DNA of 64,000 nt from Octopus sinensis (lineage: Eukaryota), in the NCBI RefSeq assembly GCF_006345805.1, contig NC_043002.1, forward strand, positions 85,436,001-85,500,000, in the 5' to 3' direction. Both the position numbers and the translations under genes were made by a program. Shown here piece after piece: positions 50,199 to 63,217 of this stretch. The notes under the pieces are model-generated. The model did no database searches and was not told the DNA's origin. It saw only the letters and a list, made by a program, of their open reading frames with translations. Position 1 is the first letter of the stretch, and each line of letters starts with the position of its first letter.

Positions 50199-50497
50199 AT
50201 TATGTACATTATTTACAATTGACGGATATTTGTCCTCATCTTGTTTGTTGTTAACACAATGTTTTGGCTCATACACCCTCCAGCCTTCGTCGGGTGTCTT
50301 GGGGAAATTTTGAACATGGGTTCTCATTCCAGGTTTCAAAAGTTGGCGAATTAGTTATTTGTTAGGAATGAGAACCCAGTTTCGAAATTTCCCCCAAGAC
50401 ATCTGACAAAGGCTGGAGGGTGTATCAGCTGAAACGTTGTGTTAACGACAAACAAGATGAGGACAAATATCCATCAATTGCAAATAATGTAAATAAT
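50199..50497. mobile_element. Inverted pair of Penelope-like termini, inside a degenerate SINE A tail
   Basis: Arms 50199-50330 and 50365-50497; each carries a decayed GACAC-CTGAYGA-A-GGCTG...CAGCC-GAAAC-GTT-GTGT motif. Confidence 0.7.
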
Positions 50498-51604
50498 GGT
50501 GTTGGCTTGTTTGCATTGACATGACTTAGTGCTTTGGCAAAAGTGTCTGATAGAAGTAGTAGACTTAAAAATAATGTGTACTGGTGTTGATTTATTCAAC
50601 TGAACACTTCAAGGCATTGTTCCAGCATAGCTGCAATCCAGTGACTGAAACAGGTAAAAAATTAGAGATATATGTGTTTCTGTTTCAGTGTGTGTGTGTG
50701 AAAGAGAGAGAGAGGGAGTGGGGGAGAGGAAGATTGTTATGTGTGCACATCTCTTTTTTCTCGACATCATATGCCTAACCATCAAGCAGTGATATTTGTT
50801 TGCAATTTTGTGTGGAAATATGTCCCGACAGTGGAGAAATATTAACTTGCTTGGAAACAGGTGGGAGTATCCAGCTACAAAAATTCTGCCTCCAAAAATT
50901 TCGTGTGACCCATGCAAGCATTGAAAAGTAGACATTGATATTCCAACACCAACGTTAATGGTTTCAGCAAGGAAAACAAAGAAATTTGTGGAAAGGTGAA
51001 ATAATTCATCATAAATGATTAATACGAGTGATTGGAGAAAGTGATAGAAGATTCACAAATCATACCACATTGTTTAAAATGTGTTGGGTTTTTTAAATAT
51101 TTTTGTATTTTTATTTCTTTCTTTACTGTTTATCTGTCAGTTTTTCAAGATATTTTCTAAAATCTTTTTGAGATCACAGGATGTTATGACATTTCAACAC
51201 AGCCATCTTATAATATCGCTCTATGTTTTCAGATATAATTTTCTCTCTTCATTTCATATTTTCAGTGACCACTCTGTCACTATATACACAAATTTATTGA
51301 GTGATTTACTAATCACAAACAAACTTGACACCTACTGACATGAAACTAATGTACTGAAACTCTTTCCGAAATTCTTGTCTTCTTCCTTGCACTAAATATA
51401 TTGTTATTTGTCTGTTAATGCAATGTTAATGTATCTTCAAAGTAATGGTCAACTCTTATATTTTGTGTTGAATGCTTTGTTCGGTTAATGTAAGTTGTTT
51501 TTATACTTTAAAAAACAAACTTATATTAACACACTCACACACATACATGTGTGTGTTGTGTGTATACTAAGTGTGAGTGGTCATGCAGTTTCCTCTACAG
51601 GAAC

Positions 51605-51838
51605 CTATTTCTTTATTACTCCCAAGGGGCTAAACATAGAGGGGACAAACAAGGACAGACAAATGGATTAAGTCTATTATATCGACCCCAGTGTGTAACT
51701 GGTACTTATTTAATCAACCCCGAAAGGATGAAAGGCAAAGTCGACCTCGGCGGAATTTGAACACAGAACGTAACGGCAGATGAAATACCGCTCAGCATTT
51801 CGCCCCGCGTGCTAATGTTTCTGCCAGCTCGTCGCCTT
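51605..51838 (-). mobile_element. Full-length SINE family B
   Basis: AAGGCGACGAGCTGGCAGAAAC head and GCCTTTCATCCTTTCGGGG...AAGTACCAG core. Many other copies, e.g. 21372-21573(-), 25560-25768(-), 33215-33430(+), 53630-53853(+). Confidence 0.85.
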
Positions 51839-52322
51839 ACTATAACTGAATATTGTAAAAGCTTAAAGAAAATTTTCACCAATTCCTCTACAGGAACCTG
51901 TTTTGTACACCCTTTCATAGATATCATCTCATTCCCTAGCATGAAACTGACTATCCCACCCCACCTACCCTAGGGCTTGTCCTGGTGCTCACTGCATGAC
52001 AACCTCAATAGTGCAGGTGGTATGAGAATAGCACTCAGTCCACACTGTAAAGTGGTTGGTATTAGGAAGTGCTGCCAGCCAGCCATAATAACGATGGCAA
52101 CGCAGACACTGGAGCTTGATGCAGTCTTTGGACACATCAATTCCTGTCAAACCATCCAGTCCATGCAAGCATGGAATATGGTTCTCAGATGATGATAATG
52201 ATGATGTTATATATATATACACATATACATGATATTATAAATATGTATATGTATGTATATATCATGATGATGATGATATATACATACATATACATATTTA
52301 TAATATATATATGTATATGTAT

Positions 52323-52522
52323 ATGGCTGTGTGGTTAGGGAGCTTGCTTCCTAACTACATGGTTTCGGGTTCAGTCCCACTGCATGGCACTTTGGGCAGG
52401 TGTCTTCTGCTGTAACCCCGAGTCGACTGGAGCTTTGTGATTGAATTCGGTAGGCGGAAGTTACTGCCGTGTGTGTATGTGTGCGTGTAGGTGCTCAGTG
52501 CCTCTCCGAAAGAGAGAGAGGG

Positions 52523-52555
<33 letters not shown>

Positions 52556-52763
52556 ATGTATATGTATATGGCTGTGTGGTTAGGGAGCTTGCTTCCTAAC
52601 TACATGGTTTCGGGTTCAGTCCCACTGCATGGCACTTTGGGCAGGTGTCTTCTGCTGTAACCCCGAGTCGACTGGAGCTTTGTGATTGAATTCGGTAGGC
52701 GGAAGTTACTGCCGTGTGTGTATGTGTGCGTGTAGGTGCTCAGTGCCTCTCCGAAAGAGAGAG

Positions 52764-52769
<6 letters not shown>
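52323..52769 (+). repeat. Two identical tandem copies (period 245 bp) of the variant SINE
   Basis: 52323-52524 and 52568-52769 show no difference by eye; they are separated by (TA)n. Confidence 0.9.
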
Positions 52770-52806
<37 letters not shown>

Positions 52807-53974
52807 CTAGTGGTTAGAGCAGTAGACTCGCCATCGAGGGATGGCGGGTTCAAATCTCAGACTGGGCGATGTGTGTGTTTATGAGTGAAACACCTAAACT
52901 CCACGCAGCTCCAGCAGAAGGTAATGGCGAACTTCTGCTAACACTTTCACCACAACTTTCTGTCACTCTTTCCTCCTGCATCTAGCAGCTCACCTGCAAG
53001 GGACCAGCATCCCATCCAGGTGGGGAACCTATACGCTGAGGAAACCGGGAAACTGGCCCTTATGAGCCAGGCGTGGCTCGAGAAGGAACAAACAAATACT
53101 TTACTACTCCATATTTTAGAGTGTGCTTCTTCTTCAGATGTATGATCCACAGATGATGATGTGTGTGTCTGCCTCTGTGTCTGTCTTTGTTTATATACAC
53201 ACACGTATGTACGTACACATACACAGCTTCACAGTGGTTGGAATATATGAAAAATTTACTTTACAACCAAGTGTGTTGGGGGTTGTCTTCAAGTGAGCCT
53301 GTAGTTTTAAATCATTTGAAAATTTTACAAATTGTGACACAGCATGAAGGGCTCTGATTTATTTCTGTTTCCACATCCTTTGGACTTGTGTTATTCATTT
53401 GTTATATTGAGCCATATTTAGAAAAATGAATATTCTTTCATCTTTTAATAATGACATTTTAAAAATTTATGCCATACATCATACACTTCATGAGATATTC
53501 ACATCAAAAGACTGAGGGTGTTATCATTCTAGCTTCTATCAAAATATATGTATATGCATGTTATATATATATGTGTTTGTGTTTGTGTGTGTGCATATAT
53601 TATGTATGTATATATGTATATATTATGTATGTAGCTGGCAGAAACATTAGCACACCGGGCGAAATGCGTAGCCGTATTTCGTCTGCTGTTACATTCTGGG
53701 TTCAAATTCCGCCAAGGTCGACTTTGCCTTTCATCCTTTTGGGGTCGATAAATTAAGTACCAGTTACGCCCTGGGGTCGATGTAATTGATTTAATCCGTT
53801 TGTGTCTTTGTTTGTCCCCTCTGTGTTTAGCCCCTTGTGGGAAGTAAAGAAATATATATAATGTATCATCATCATCATCATCGTTTAACATCTGCTTTCC
53901 ATGCTAGCATGGGTTGGACAATTTGACTGAGGTCTAGCGAAGCAGACTCCAATGTATGTATATATATATATGTA

Positions 53975-54014
<40 letters not shown>

Positions 54015-54021
54015 GTATGTA

Positions 54022-54069
<48 letters not shown>

Positions 54070-54229
54070 TGCAGGTGTGGCTGTGTAGTAAGAAGCTTGC
54101 TTGCCAACCACATAGTTCTGGGTTCAGACCTGCTGCATGACACCTTAGGCAAGTGTCTTCTAATATAACCTCAGGCTGACCAAAGCCTTGTGAGTGGATT
54201 TGGTGGACAGAAACTGAAAGAAGCCACCG

Positions 54230-54266
<37 letters not shown>

Positions 54267-54404
54267 TCATCATCATCATCATCGTTTAACATCCGTTTTC
54301 CATGCTAGCATGGGTTGATATATATATATGTATATATGTATAGTGCAATCCCATGGAAACTCATGACCGAAGGGGGTCTCAGCAGCATATATATATATAT
54401 ATGC

Positions 54405-54435
<31 letters not shown>

Positions 54436-54441
54436 GGTGTG

Positions 54442-54484
<43 letters not shown>

Positions 54485-54981
54485 TAAAATTGAAATTGTG
54501 TCTATTTCTTTGTGTCCAGCAAAATGAAAGTAAAGACAGCAAGTCTGTAGTAGTGTCACTCTGGTTCAGGGGAAGCAACACTGGAAGAAGCTTCAATATC
54601 AAAAACACCAAAGCTTTTTTTTAATCGGTCTTTTTGCTCTTATTCTCAAAAATTCTGAAGTATGTAATCCTGTGGAATAAGTTCAGAAATGATCTTGCTG
54701 AAGATTTCAAGCACCAAGTTCAGTTGAGTAATCCTGAGCAAGATATGGTTTCACTGATGCTATATATAATGCAGCTTTGATTGAAATAGGAGATGAAATC
54801 ATTTCGATGGGTGGTGAACTTATAGAAAATTTAGGTCTTCCACTAACAAATTGTGGGGATCTTAACAGTCTGTCCACTGAAATAATGGGGTAAATTTCCT
54901 ATGATATGGAGGAACTGACCATGTGCATAAATGATAATCTTCCCGAGCTTCTACCTGATCAATGTTATGAAAACTTTCGAC

Positions 54982-55381
54982 GGCTCTTTTCGGTTTGAAT
55001 GACAGTTTTTAACATAATTCTAAAAAATTCTAAACTTTGTATACTGGTAGAATGTGTTTGTAAAACATCTTTTTCTCTTGGCTTTATTGAGAAAATTCTA
55101 TAGTTTGTAAGATATTTGTTGTTTTTTTCTTCAATTTCTGCAATTTCAACCAATCACTGACGTCTATTGAGGTAAAAAAACATTCTATACCGTATGAATA
55201 TGTCCCTCGTTTAAGAAACAGATTGGGTTTATTCACATTGTGAAGAAAAAAGATGCCCTTCCCCCCACCCCTAACCCTAAAACATATTGAAATGCAATAG
55301 ATCGATACTAGGGTCATAATTATGGGTGACAATTTCATATGACACCGCTAGAAAAAACTGCCATTCAAACCGAAAAGATCC
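54982..55381. mobile_element. 400-bp MITE with 8-bp TSD (hAT-like) inserted in the Helitron
   Basis: TIR GG(C/A)TCTTTTCGGTTTGAATG(A/G)CAGTTTTT; TSD CTTTCGAC (54974-54981) and CTTTTGAC (55382-55389). Confidence 0.85.
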
Positions 55382-55979
55382 CTTTTGACAAATATGAGGT
55401 TGAGACTTTCAAGAGATCAATCAGCTGAACTATTTGCAGAGCAGCTTTTGAAACTCGGTGAAGGTTGCAGTTGATAAAGAACGGTTTCTTACACTCAGTC
55501 CAATATGTAATCCAGCTGATTCCATCAATGATTTGGTGACTGAAATCTTACCAAAACTTCTTCATAATTACAACAATACAGATTGGGTCTGTGAGTGAGC
55601 TATCCTAGCTTCAAAAAATGTTGTAAATAGCATTTATAATATGCTACTGAATAAACTTGATGATCAGGATAGTCTTAACTACCCCACCAAATTTTTGAAC
55701 TCACTAGAACCACCAGGTACAGCTCTTTATTGCCTTCAGCTGAAAAAAAAGGACTTCTATTATGCTATAGTGTAATTTGTCTCAACCAAAATTATGCAAT
55801 GGTACAACACTAATTGTGCACAGACTTATGAGGAACTGCACTGAGGCAAATATTGTCACTGGTTGTAGTAAAGGTGAGACTGTCTTCATTCCTTGCATAC
55901 CAGTTATACCATCTAATGTTCCATTCCAATTTAAGCGGTTACAGTTTCTTGTCTGAGTTTCTTTTGCCATGAGCATTAA

Positions 55980-56199
55980 CCCTTTTGTTACCAACCCCGC
56001 TGAAACTGGCTCTGGCTCTGAGTACAAATGTCTTGTTATCATAAGTTTTGAATTAAAATTTTCCCCCAAACCTTAGTCATAATTTATGTTCCTAAGACTA
56101 GCTTAATGATAGCTAAGTTATTTTACTAAATTCTTTGTTATATTTAAAGTAACTGAAATAAACACAGAGCATCTCAAAATAAATACAGTAACAAAAGGG
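55980..56199. mobile_element. piggyBac-like MITE P1 inserted at a TTAA within the Helitron helicase motif
   Basis: TTAA|CCCTTTTGTTAC...GTAACAAAAGGG|TTAA; opposite orientation to the 34117 copy. Confidence 0.9.
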
Positions 56200-56724
56200 T
56201 TAATAAAACTCAGGGTCAAACTCTAAAAGTTGCTGGATTGCATCTTGAAGAACCATGCTTTTCACATGGTCAACTTTATATAGGAGCATCAAGTGTAGGA
56301 GCAAAAGCAAAATCTTTTGTTTATACACTCTGAAATAAAACAAAAAACATTGCTTATAAAGAAATATTCACTCTTAATGCAACATGAATATTTCAATAAC
56401 TTAATTTGCCATTACTATCATTACAGTGAAGAATGAGTAAATTACCTATTTAAATGAAGTGTATTATATAATTGCCATTAGGGTATTGATTAATAAAATA
56501 ACACATACAACTCATTATTGTCAAACAAGCCTTACAGAAATTCGTGTATGAAATTGATCTTTTTTCTACTTCAGTTATTACATGTTTTTCTCTTATAAAA
56601 TACACACATACAGGAGGAGTCCATTATATATATATAATAATACTTTGAATATGGTTCCTGAGAAAGAGTAAAAGTAAATACTCGGTCAGCAACAGGTATT
56701 ACTGCTAATATATATATGTATGTA

Positions 56725-56765
<41 letters not shown>

Positions 56766-56872
56766 GAAAGAAGAAAACAAAGAAAATTCTTTAACACATC
56801 TTTAATTATAAGTCACACATGTTTCCATACTGTCTCCATTTGCAAATTTACGTAATATATGCAGTTTTTGGC

Positions 56873-56879
<7 letters not shown>

Positions 56880-56951
<72 letters not shown>

Positions 56952-57030
56952 TATATGCATATAAATACATACATACACATATATATACATATATATATAT
57001 AGATTATATATATATGTATATATATGTATA

Positions 57031-57107
<77 letters not shown>

Positions 57108-57135
57108 GTATTTATACACACACATACACATATAA
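56880..57135. repeat. (CT)n-(TA)n-(CATA)n compound microsatellite
   Basis: Seen directly. Confidence 0.95.
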
Positions 57136-57438
57136 ATGCAGGTACAGATGTGTCTAAGTAGCTAATAAGTTTGCTGTGCAACCACATGGTTTCAGGTTCA
57201 GTCCTACTGCATGGCACTTTTTAGTAATTGTGTCAATCTATTTTAATGTAATAATAAATTTATGCGTGTGTGTATGTGTCTGCATGGTGGCTTGTTTAAG
57301 TATCTGTGCATCTGTGTTTGTCTCCTAGCATGTGTCTTGACAACCGGTGTTGGTTTATTTATGTCACTGTAACTTGGTGAAAGAAACCAATAGAATATAT
57401 GCCATATTTAGAAAATCAGTCAATTCATTAGACTAAAT

Positions 57439-57781
57439 CTGATCATTTTTTAATCTATGGACCCCTTTGATTACTATTTTATTCTGGTTGACCCCCATAG
57501 CTGTTCAATGTTTAAAAACTAGTTCTATTGAAATTTCTTTCAAATTTCCTATTTTGTTTTCAACACATTAACTTATGTGGGTTGAACTATATAAAATGTT
57601 TGAGAAAAAAAAACCAAGCTGTTTATTGCAATGTGTGCCAATACATACATCAATAGCAGAATTTTTTCAGAAGCCTCTAAAATAATATTGTGGATCCCCA
57701 ATTTACTATTTTCTTGCATGGACCCTCCAAAATTTTATATGGACCCTCAGGGGTCATATGGACCTTTGTTGAGAACAACTG
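57439..57781. mobile_element. hAT-like MITE
   Basis: Exact 8-bp flanking repeat GACTAAAT; the right end reverse complement reads CAGTTGTTCTCAAC; internal GGACCCC repeats; left TIR degenerate. Confidence 0.5.
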
Positions 57782-57859
57782 GACTAAATCCTTGAAGCTA
57801 GTAATCCAGCATGTTCCACTAACTAAAACATGCATGTTGGCTCTGTCTTCTTTCTAGCA

Positions 57860-58077
57860 CCTTTCATTACTGCAATTATTTTGAGATGCTCTGCATTTCT
57901 TTCAGTTACTTTAAATATAACAAAGAATTTAGTAAAATAACTTAGTTATCATTAAGCTAGTGTTAGGAACATAAATTGTGACTAAGGTTTGGTGGAAGAT
58001 TTTAATCCAAAACTTATGAAAATAAGCATTTGTACTCAGAGCCAGAGCTGGTTTCAGCCAGGTTGGTAATGAAAGGG
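57860..58077. mobile_element. piggyBac-like MITE P1 (left TSD lost)
   Basis: CCTTTCATTAC...GTAATGAAAGGG|TTAA; body matches 34117-34390. Confidence 0.8.
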
Positions 58078-58290
58078 TTAATCTAGAATCAGATTGATCA
58101 GTGCAGGTGTCTTAAAAAGAGATTAAGATGTGTCTTTTGTTTTACCAGCTGTTGCTTTTATGTTGCCAGTGGAACGGCTTGCTATTGCCACATGGTTGGT
58201 GGAAATGGTAGTGTCAGGAATGTTGTTAGCATGGCCTCATGAGTGGCAGAGGTTGGGAGTGCTGTTAGCATCTTGTTGTTGCCGCTGTGG

Positions 58291-58480
58291 CATCAGCAAT
58301 CTTTGGTTGCTACTCTTACATGGATGGTGATATCAGCAACCTTAGGTTGCCATGGCTACATAGGTGGTAATATCAGCAATCTTTGGTTGCCACAGCTACA
58401 TGGGCGATGATATCAACAATCTCTTGTCACTTCCACATGAGTAGTGAGGCCAGCAATCTCTTATTGCCATATGGATGACA
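58291..58480. repeat. Degenerate ~40-bp minisatellite, 4-5 units
   Basis: Unit ATATCAGCAATCTTTGGTTGCCACAGCTACATGGGTGGTG. Confidence 0.75.
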
Positions 58481-58489
58481 GGATATATA

Positions 58490-58918
58490 TACACTACTTG
58501 CGAAGACCTGTTGAGGCAAGTGAAATCGAAATCGAAATCAATCAAAATCAATGGAAATTGTAGTTGTGATACCAGTGCCGCTGGCACTTAAGAGAACCAT
58601 CCGAACGTGGCCGTTGCCAGCTCCACCAAGAGAACCATTCGAACGTGGCCATTGCCAGCACCGCCCCGACTGACCTCCGTGCCGGTGGCACATAAAAAGC
58701 ACCATCCGATCATGGCCATTGCCAGCCTCGCCTGGCACGTAAAAAGCACCCACTACACTTACGGAGTGGTTGGCATTAGGAAGGGCATCCAACTGTAGAA
58801 ACACTGCCAGATCAGACTGGGCCTGGTGCAGCCTCCTGGCTTCCCAGATCCCAGTTGAGCCGTCCAACCCATGCTAGCATGGAAAGTAGACGTTAAACGA
58901 TGATGATGCTGATGATGA
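58490..58918 (+). mobile_element. RTE LINE 3' UTR with (GAT)n tail
   Basis: GAAGACCTGTTGAGGCAAGTG...AAAAGCACCCACTACAC...GACGTTAAACGATGATG. Confidence 0.8.
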
Positions 58919-61900
58919 AATATACTGAAGTTATAGAATCATTATTTTCTAAAATTTTAATGTTTATTCAGAAGAGTAGGGTAGACTTGTAGTGGGGAGA
59001 GAAAGAGAGCAGAGTTATCATCAAATCAGAGATCTGGCCTATATATTTGCAACAGAGTGTACTAAATGCACCCAAGGACCAGTCAAAGGTTGTGTTGGTG
59101 GTAGTGGTAGTGGTGGTGGTGTTAAATCAGAAAGTGAATTAACTTTGCTACCTAAGAACATGAACAGGTGTGCGAATCTGTTCAAACGTCTTTCCCACTG
59201 ACACTGTCTACCAAATTTGACTTTGGGTCAACTACACATTATAGATTTATTACTGATTCACACAGATTGGCAGTTTATTTTTCTTGAATCTTTAATTTCC
59301 TTTTGGAAGTGTATGAACTTTACGACCAACATTTCTTCCATGATATGAAAGAGTCAGACATTCAGCAGCTTCAGTCTTTTCTCTTCTAGTCAGATTGTGG
59401 CATCATAGAGCAATGCATAAATGTAGTTATATTTAGTAAAACTCAAAAGCATTACATTGATAACTCAGGGATGCCATCTGCACTGAAAATAATAGTTAAC
59501 GCTGTGTTAACATATGTAACGTGGGGAACGTTTAAATGCTATATTGAAATAGTTATACAGTGTAGTAGAACAGCCTTATCATTTGTATACTGGTTTTAGC
59601 ATAGATGTACTATATCTGTATTGCCATGCAAAGCAATTAAAGAGCATTTGGCCATAAAGCACTACTTCAACAAAATAAAAAAATAGAAAAGAAAAACCAA
59701 ATAAATGATTGCATTGACAAGTGAATGTAGAGTTGGTGGTGCTGATAGAAAAATTTATAATTGAAAGTCTAATATTTTAAGCCATTTGGAAAAGTATGGG
59801 AAACAACTCTGATCATATTTTGTTATTATTATGAACTCATCAGTAAAGCTTAGGCTTTACATTTCATTGACCGTTATATGATATGAAGATTATTGTTGAA
59901 ATCCTGGCTTGGTCAGGTTAACCTTTTGTTCAGGATCAATAAAATGATATAGACTTTATGTGAGGATTGGCATTTTTGAATACAAGGTTGAACTGACTGG
60001 ATTGTTGAGACAGTTGTTTGCTAATTCTTAGCAGTCTTGTGGTCAAATATTCCCAGAGCTATTTGTTGTGAAATAAGCAACAGAACAATTCGTTCTTGTA
60101 CTTACCAAATACTATGGAAATGAAATAATCTCTAAGGAACCAGAAAAAGACTTAAGCAGAATAATGCATAAATATGTCTGTAGATAAAGCTTTCGTTAAT
60201 TCTTTGGTGATTATATTTTTATTGAAATAAACCACCAAAGTGTTTCACTTCATTTTATAAACCACTGAGAACTTGAAGGGGATAAGTTGATGCTTGTAAC
60301 ATGACAAAATACAATTAAGCTGGAAGGTTTTAATTTAAATATGAAGATTTTAAAGCAAGCTGGATTTGTGTTATAGAACCATAAGCAGAATTGGTCTCAG
60401 GTGGGTTGATATGCAGAAGATTAAATAAATATATGTACACTCAAATAGATTCACACACATGCACTGCACAAAAACACTCACATACATGCACTCTCTTACT
60501 CTCTCTCCCCTCTCTCTGTTCCCTCTCTTTCTGTCCCCTCTCTCTCCCTTCTCTCTCTCTCTCTCTCTTTCTCTCTCACATACATTTAGCCATTGCAAAT
60601 TTGCAAGCAAGCATGACATCAGGTTGTACCATGCTTTCACTCATTGCTTAGATGCCTATATAATCATGAGCAGATGTAGAAAACAATCTTGGCCCTCTTA
60701 CACCTGATCAAGTGGAACATCAAGGATATGACTGCTGAAGGAGAGCGAGAGTGGGAGAATTGCATCTGCAGTCAACTGGTGCTCATTTTCTGCAGCTGAG
60801 TCAACTGGAGCAATGTAAAATGATGGGCTTTGTTCAATGGACTGCCAGGTCCAGGAATTGAGCCCATGACCTTAGAATCATGAGTCCATCTCCCTAACCA
60901 CTACTCCATGTGCCTTCACACACACACACACTCACACACTAAGGCTTCCTTCAGTTTCCATCTGCCAAATACACTAATAAGGCTTTATTCAGCTTCAGGC
61001 TATATTAGAAGATGTGCATATGGATTGAACATGAAACCACGTGGTTGAAAAATAAACTTCTTAGCCATACAGCCAGGTCTTCTCCATTCATATCTAAAAT
61101 TCACATACACATACAAATGATAATGAGGATGATGATGATGATGATGATGATATGTATATATATAGAGAGAGAAAGAGAGAGAGAGAGAGACGTATGCACA
61201 CACACACACACACAAAAAGTATTTTGGCATTAATTTTTCCTTAGAAGTATGGGTGGAATATGTCAGATAGGTTTGATATGCCACATTCATCCACATGTCT
61301 CAGTCCTAACTAATACAGCGCATATTAGAGGAAGATATATAAACGCACTTGTATGCACACACATGCACTCACACACACACGCACACACACATGAAAAATA
61401 CTCATTTACATACATGTACACAGAAATACACATACATTAAAACATGATCGATTGGCTAGTTGAACAATAAAGTCAGGCCTACAGGGAATTTTTATGTATG
61501 TGTCTGTGATATCTGTCTGTGATATCTCTCTGTGATATCTGTGTGTGTGTGTGTGTGTGTTGGTGAAGGAAGAAGTGGAAGATAGAAACAGCCATGACAC
61601 AAGAGAGTCAACAGAAACGATATATATTATATAAGAGTGGATCGATACCAAACCACAGAGTTATACAATAACGTATTGTAATGAAAGTTTGTTAAAATGC
61701 TTTACCATATAGCTTCTTTGAAATGATAGCAATGAAGATATATATCTGCTTCACTGCTATCATTTAATACACACATATATATGTGTGTGTGTGTGTCAGA
61801 TGATGAAAATGAGTGCTCAACACCACATTCATCATCATCATCGTCATTTAGTGTCTGCTTTCCATGCTAGCATGGGTTGGATGGTTTGACTGAGGACTGG

Positions 61901-62583
61901 CAAGCCAGATGGCTGCACCAGGCCCCAATCTGTTCTGGCAGAGTTTCTACAGCTGGATGCCCTTCCTAATGCCAACCACTCCAAGAGTGTAGTGGGTGCT
62001 TTAAGTGCCACCAGCATGAGGGCCAGTCAGGTGGTACTGGCAATGGCCACTCTCAAATGGTGTTTTTTTATGTGCCACCTGCACAGGAGTCAGTACAGTG
62101 GCACTGGCAACAACCTTGCTCGACTGTTTTGTTCATGTACCACCAGCACAAGTGTCAGTAAAGCGATGCTGGTAACGATCACACTCAAATGGTGCTTTTT
62201 ACATGCCACTGGCATGGAAGCCAGACAGCTGCCCTGGCAGTGATCCCGCTCAGATGGAGCTGTTAGTGCTCCACCGGCACAGATGCCAGTCATCGAATTT
62301 GGTTCAATTTCAATTTCACTTGCCTGAACAGGTCTTCACAAGCAGAGTTTAGTGTCCAATGAAGGAAGGTTGGCATGGGTACCAATCATCGAATTTGGTT
62401 TGATAGATAGAATTTCTTTGTTTGTGTATTAAGGCTACCATTGGTTTCATGTTAAGAAAAATAGAAAAATATCTTAATGTCTTAACGATTTTTGAAGCTG
62501 ATTACATGGAAGAATGGTGTTCCTCTCTATTTTGGATAAAAATAATACACACACACACAAATTATTGACTGCACATTCTAAAA

Positions 62584-63217
62584 GTATTTGTTTTGCTTGT
62601 TTGCCAGTTTGCTGGGGTGTACCACTTTGGGGCAACTCTCTCATAGCTCTAGGTGTTAAAACCCCTGAATGCCATGGACAGGCAAAATAACTCACTTCCA
62701 GTACCATTCAGGAGTGATGGATACTGATATTTCACCATCTTTGTGGCTTATCAACATCACATACCTGAATCAAACTGGGAGTGCAAATCAAATTGCCAGT
62801 TTATGATTCTATATAGATAGTGTAAGAACCATTTGCTGGTATGCCACAGCAATGCATATATCAGATTAAATTCAGTTGTGAAGTAAAAGCAATTAATGTT
62901 GTAAACATTATCAGCTGCACATATTTAGTGTATGTATTTTGCTTATTTGCTGGTTTGCTGTGGTATTGCACTTTGGAGTGACTCCCTCACGGCACTGGGT
63001 GTTAAAATATCTGAAAGCCATGGACAGGCAAAACAACTTGCCTCCAGTACCATTCAGAAGTGATAGATACTGGATATTTCACCATTTTTGTAGTTTATCA
63101 ACATCACAGACCTGAATCGAACCAGGGATGAACTGAATTGCCAATCGAAGACTATATACAAACAGTAAGAACCTTTTGCTGGTATGCTACAGCGATGCGT
63201 ATATAAGATTAAATTCA
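62584..63217. repeat. Old diverged tandem duplication (~290-bp aligned unit, period ~350)
   Basis: 62584-62875 vs 62934-63217 share blocks such as GCCATGGACAGGCAAAA, CCAGTACCATTCAG, TATCAACATCACA and AGATTAAATTCA. Confidence 0.85.

Larger units (their letters stand above)
54560..56387 (+). pseudogene. Helitron RepHel relic (PIF1-like helicase C-terminus), internally deleted, with two nested MITEs
   Basis: TLEEASISK, LWNKFRNDLAEDF, ALIEIGDE..LGLP, TNMRLRL...FAEQLLKLGEG, AILASKN, NYPTKFLNSLEPPG, PKLCNGT, FKRLQF...SFAMSIN|KTQGQTLKVAGLHLEEPCFSHGQLY, KNIAYKEI. Helicase motifs I-III are missing. Confidence 0.9.

Noticed and set aside
55262-55282. CCCTAACCCTAA telomere-like repeat
   Set aside because: Only two units, internal to a MITE; not a telomeric array.
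58291-58480. Repeat array considered as CRISPR-like
   Set aside because: Contiguous degenerate units without unique spacers, no cas genes, and a eukaryotic context.
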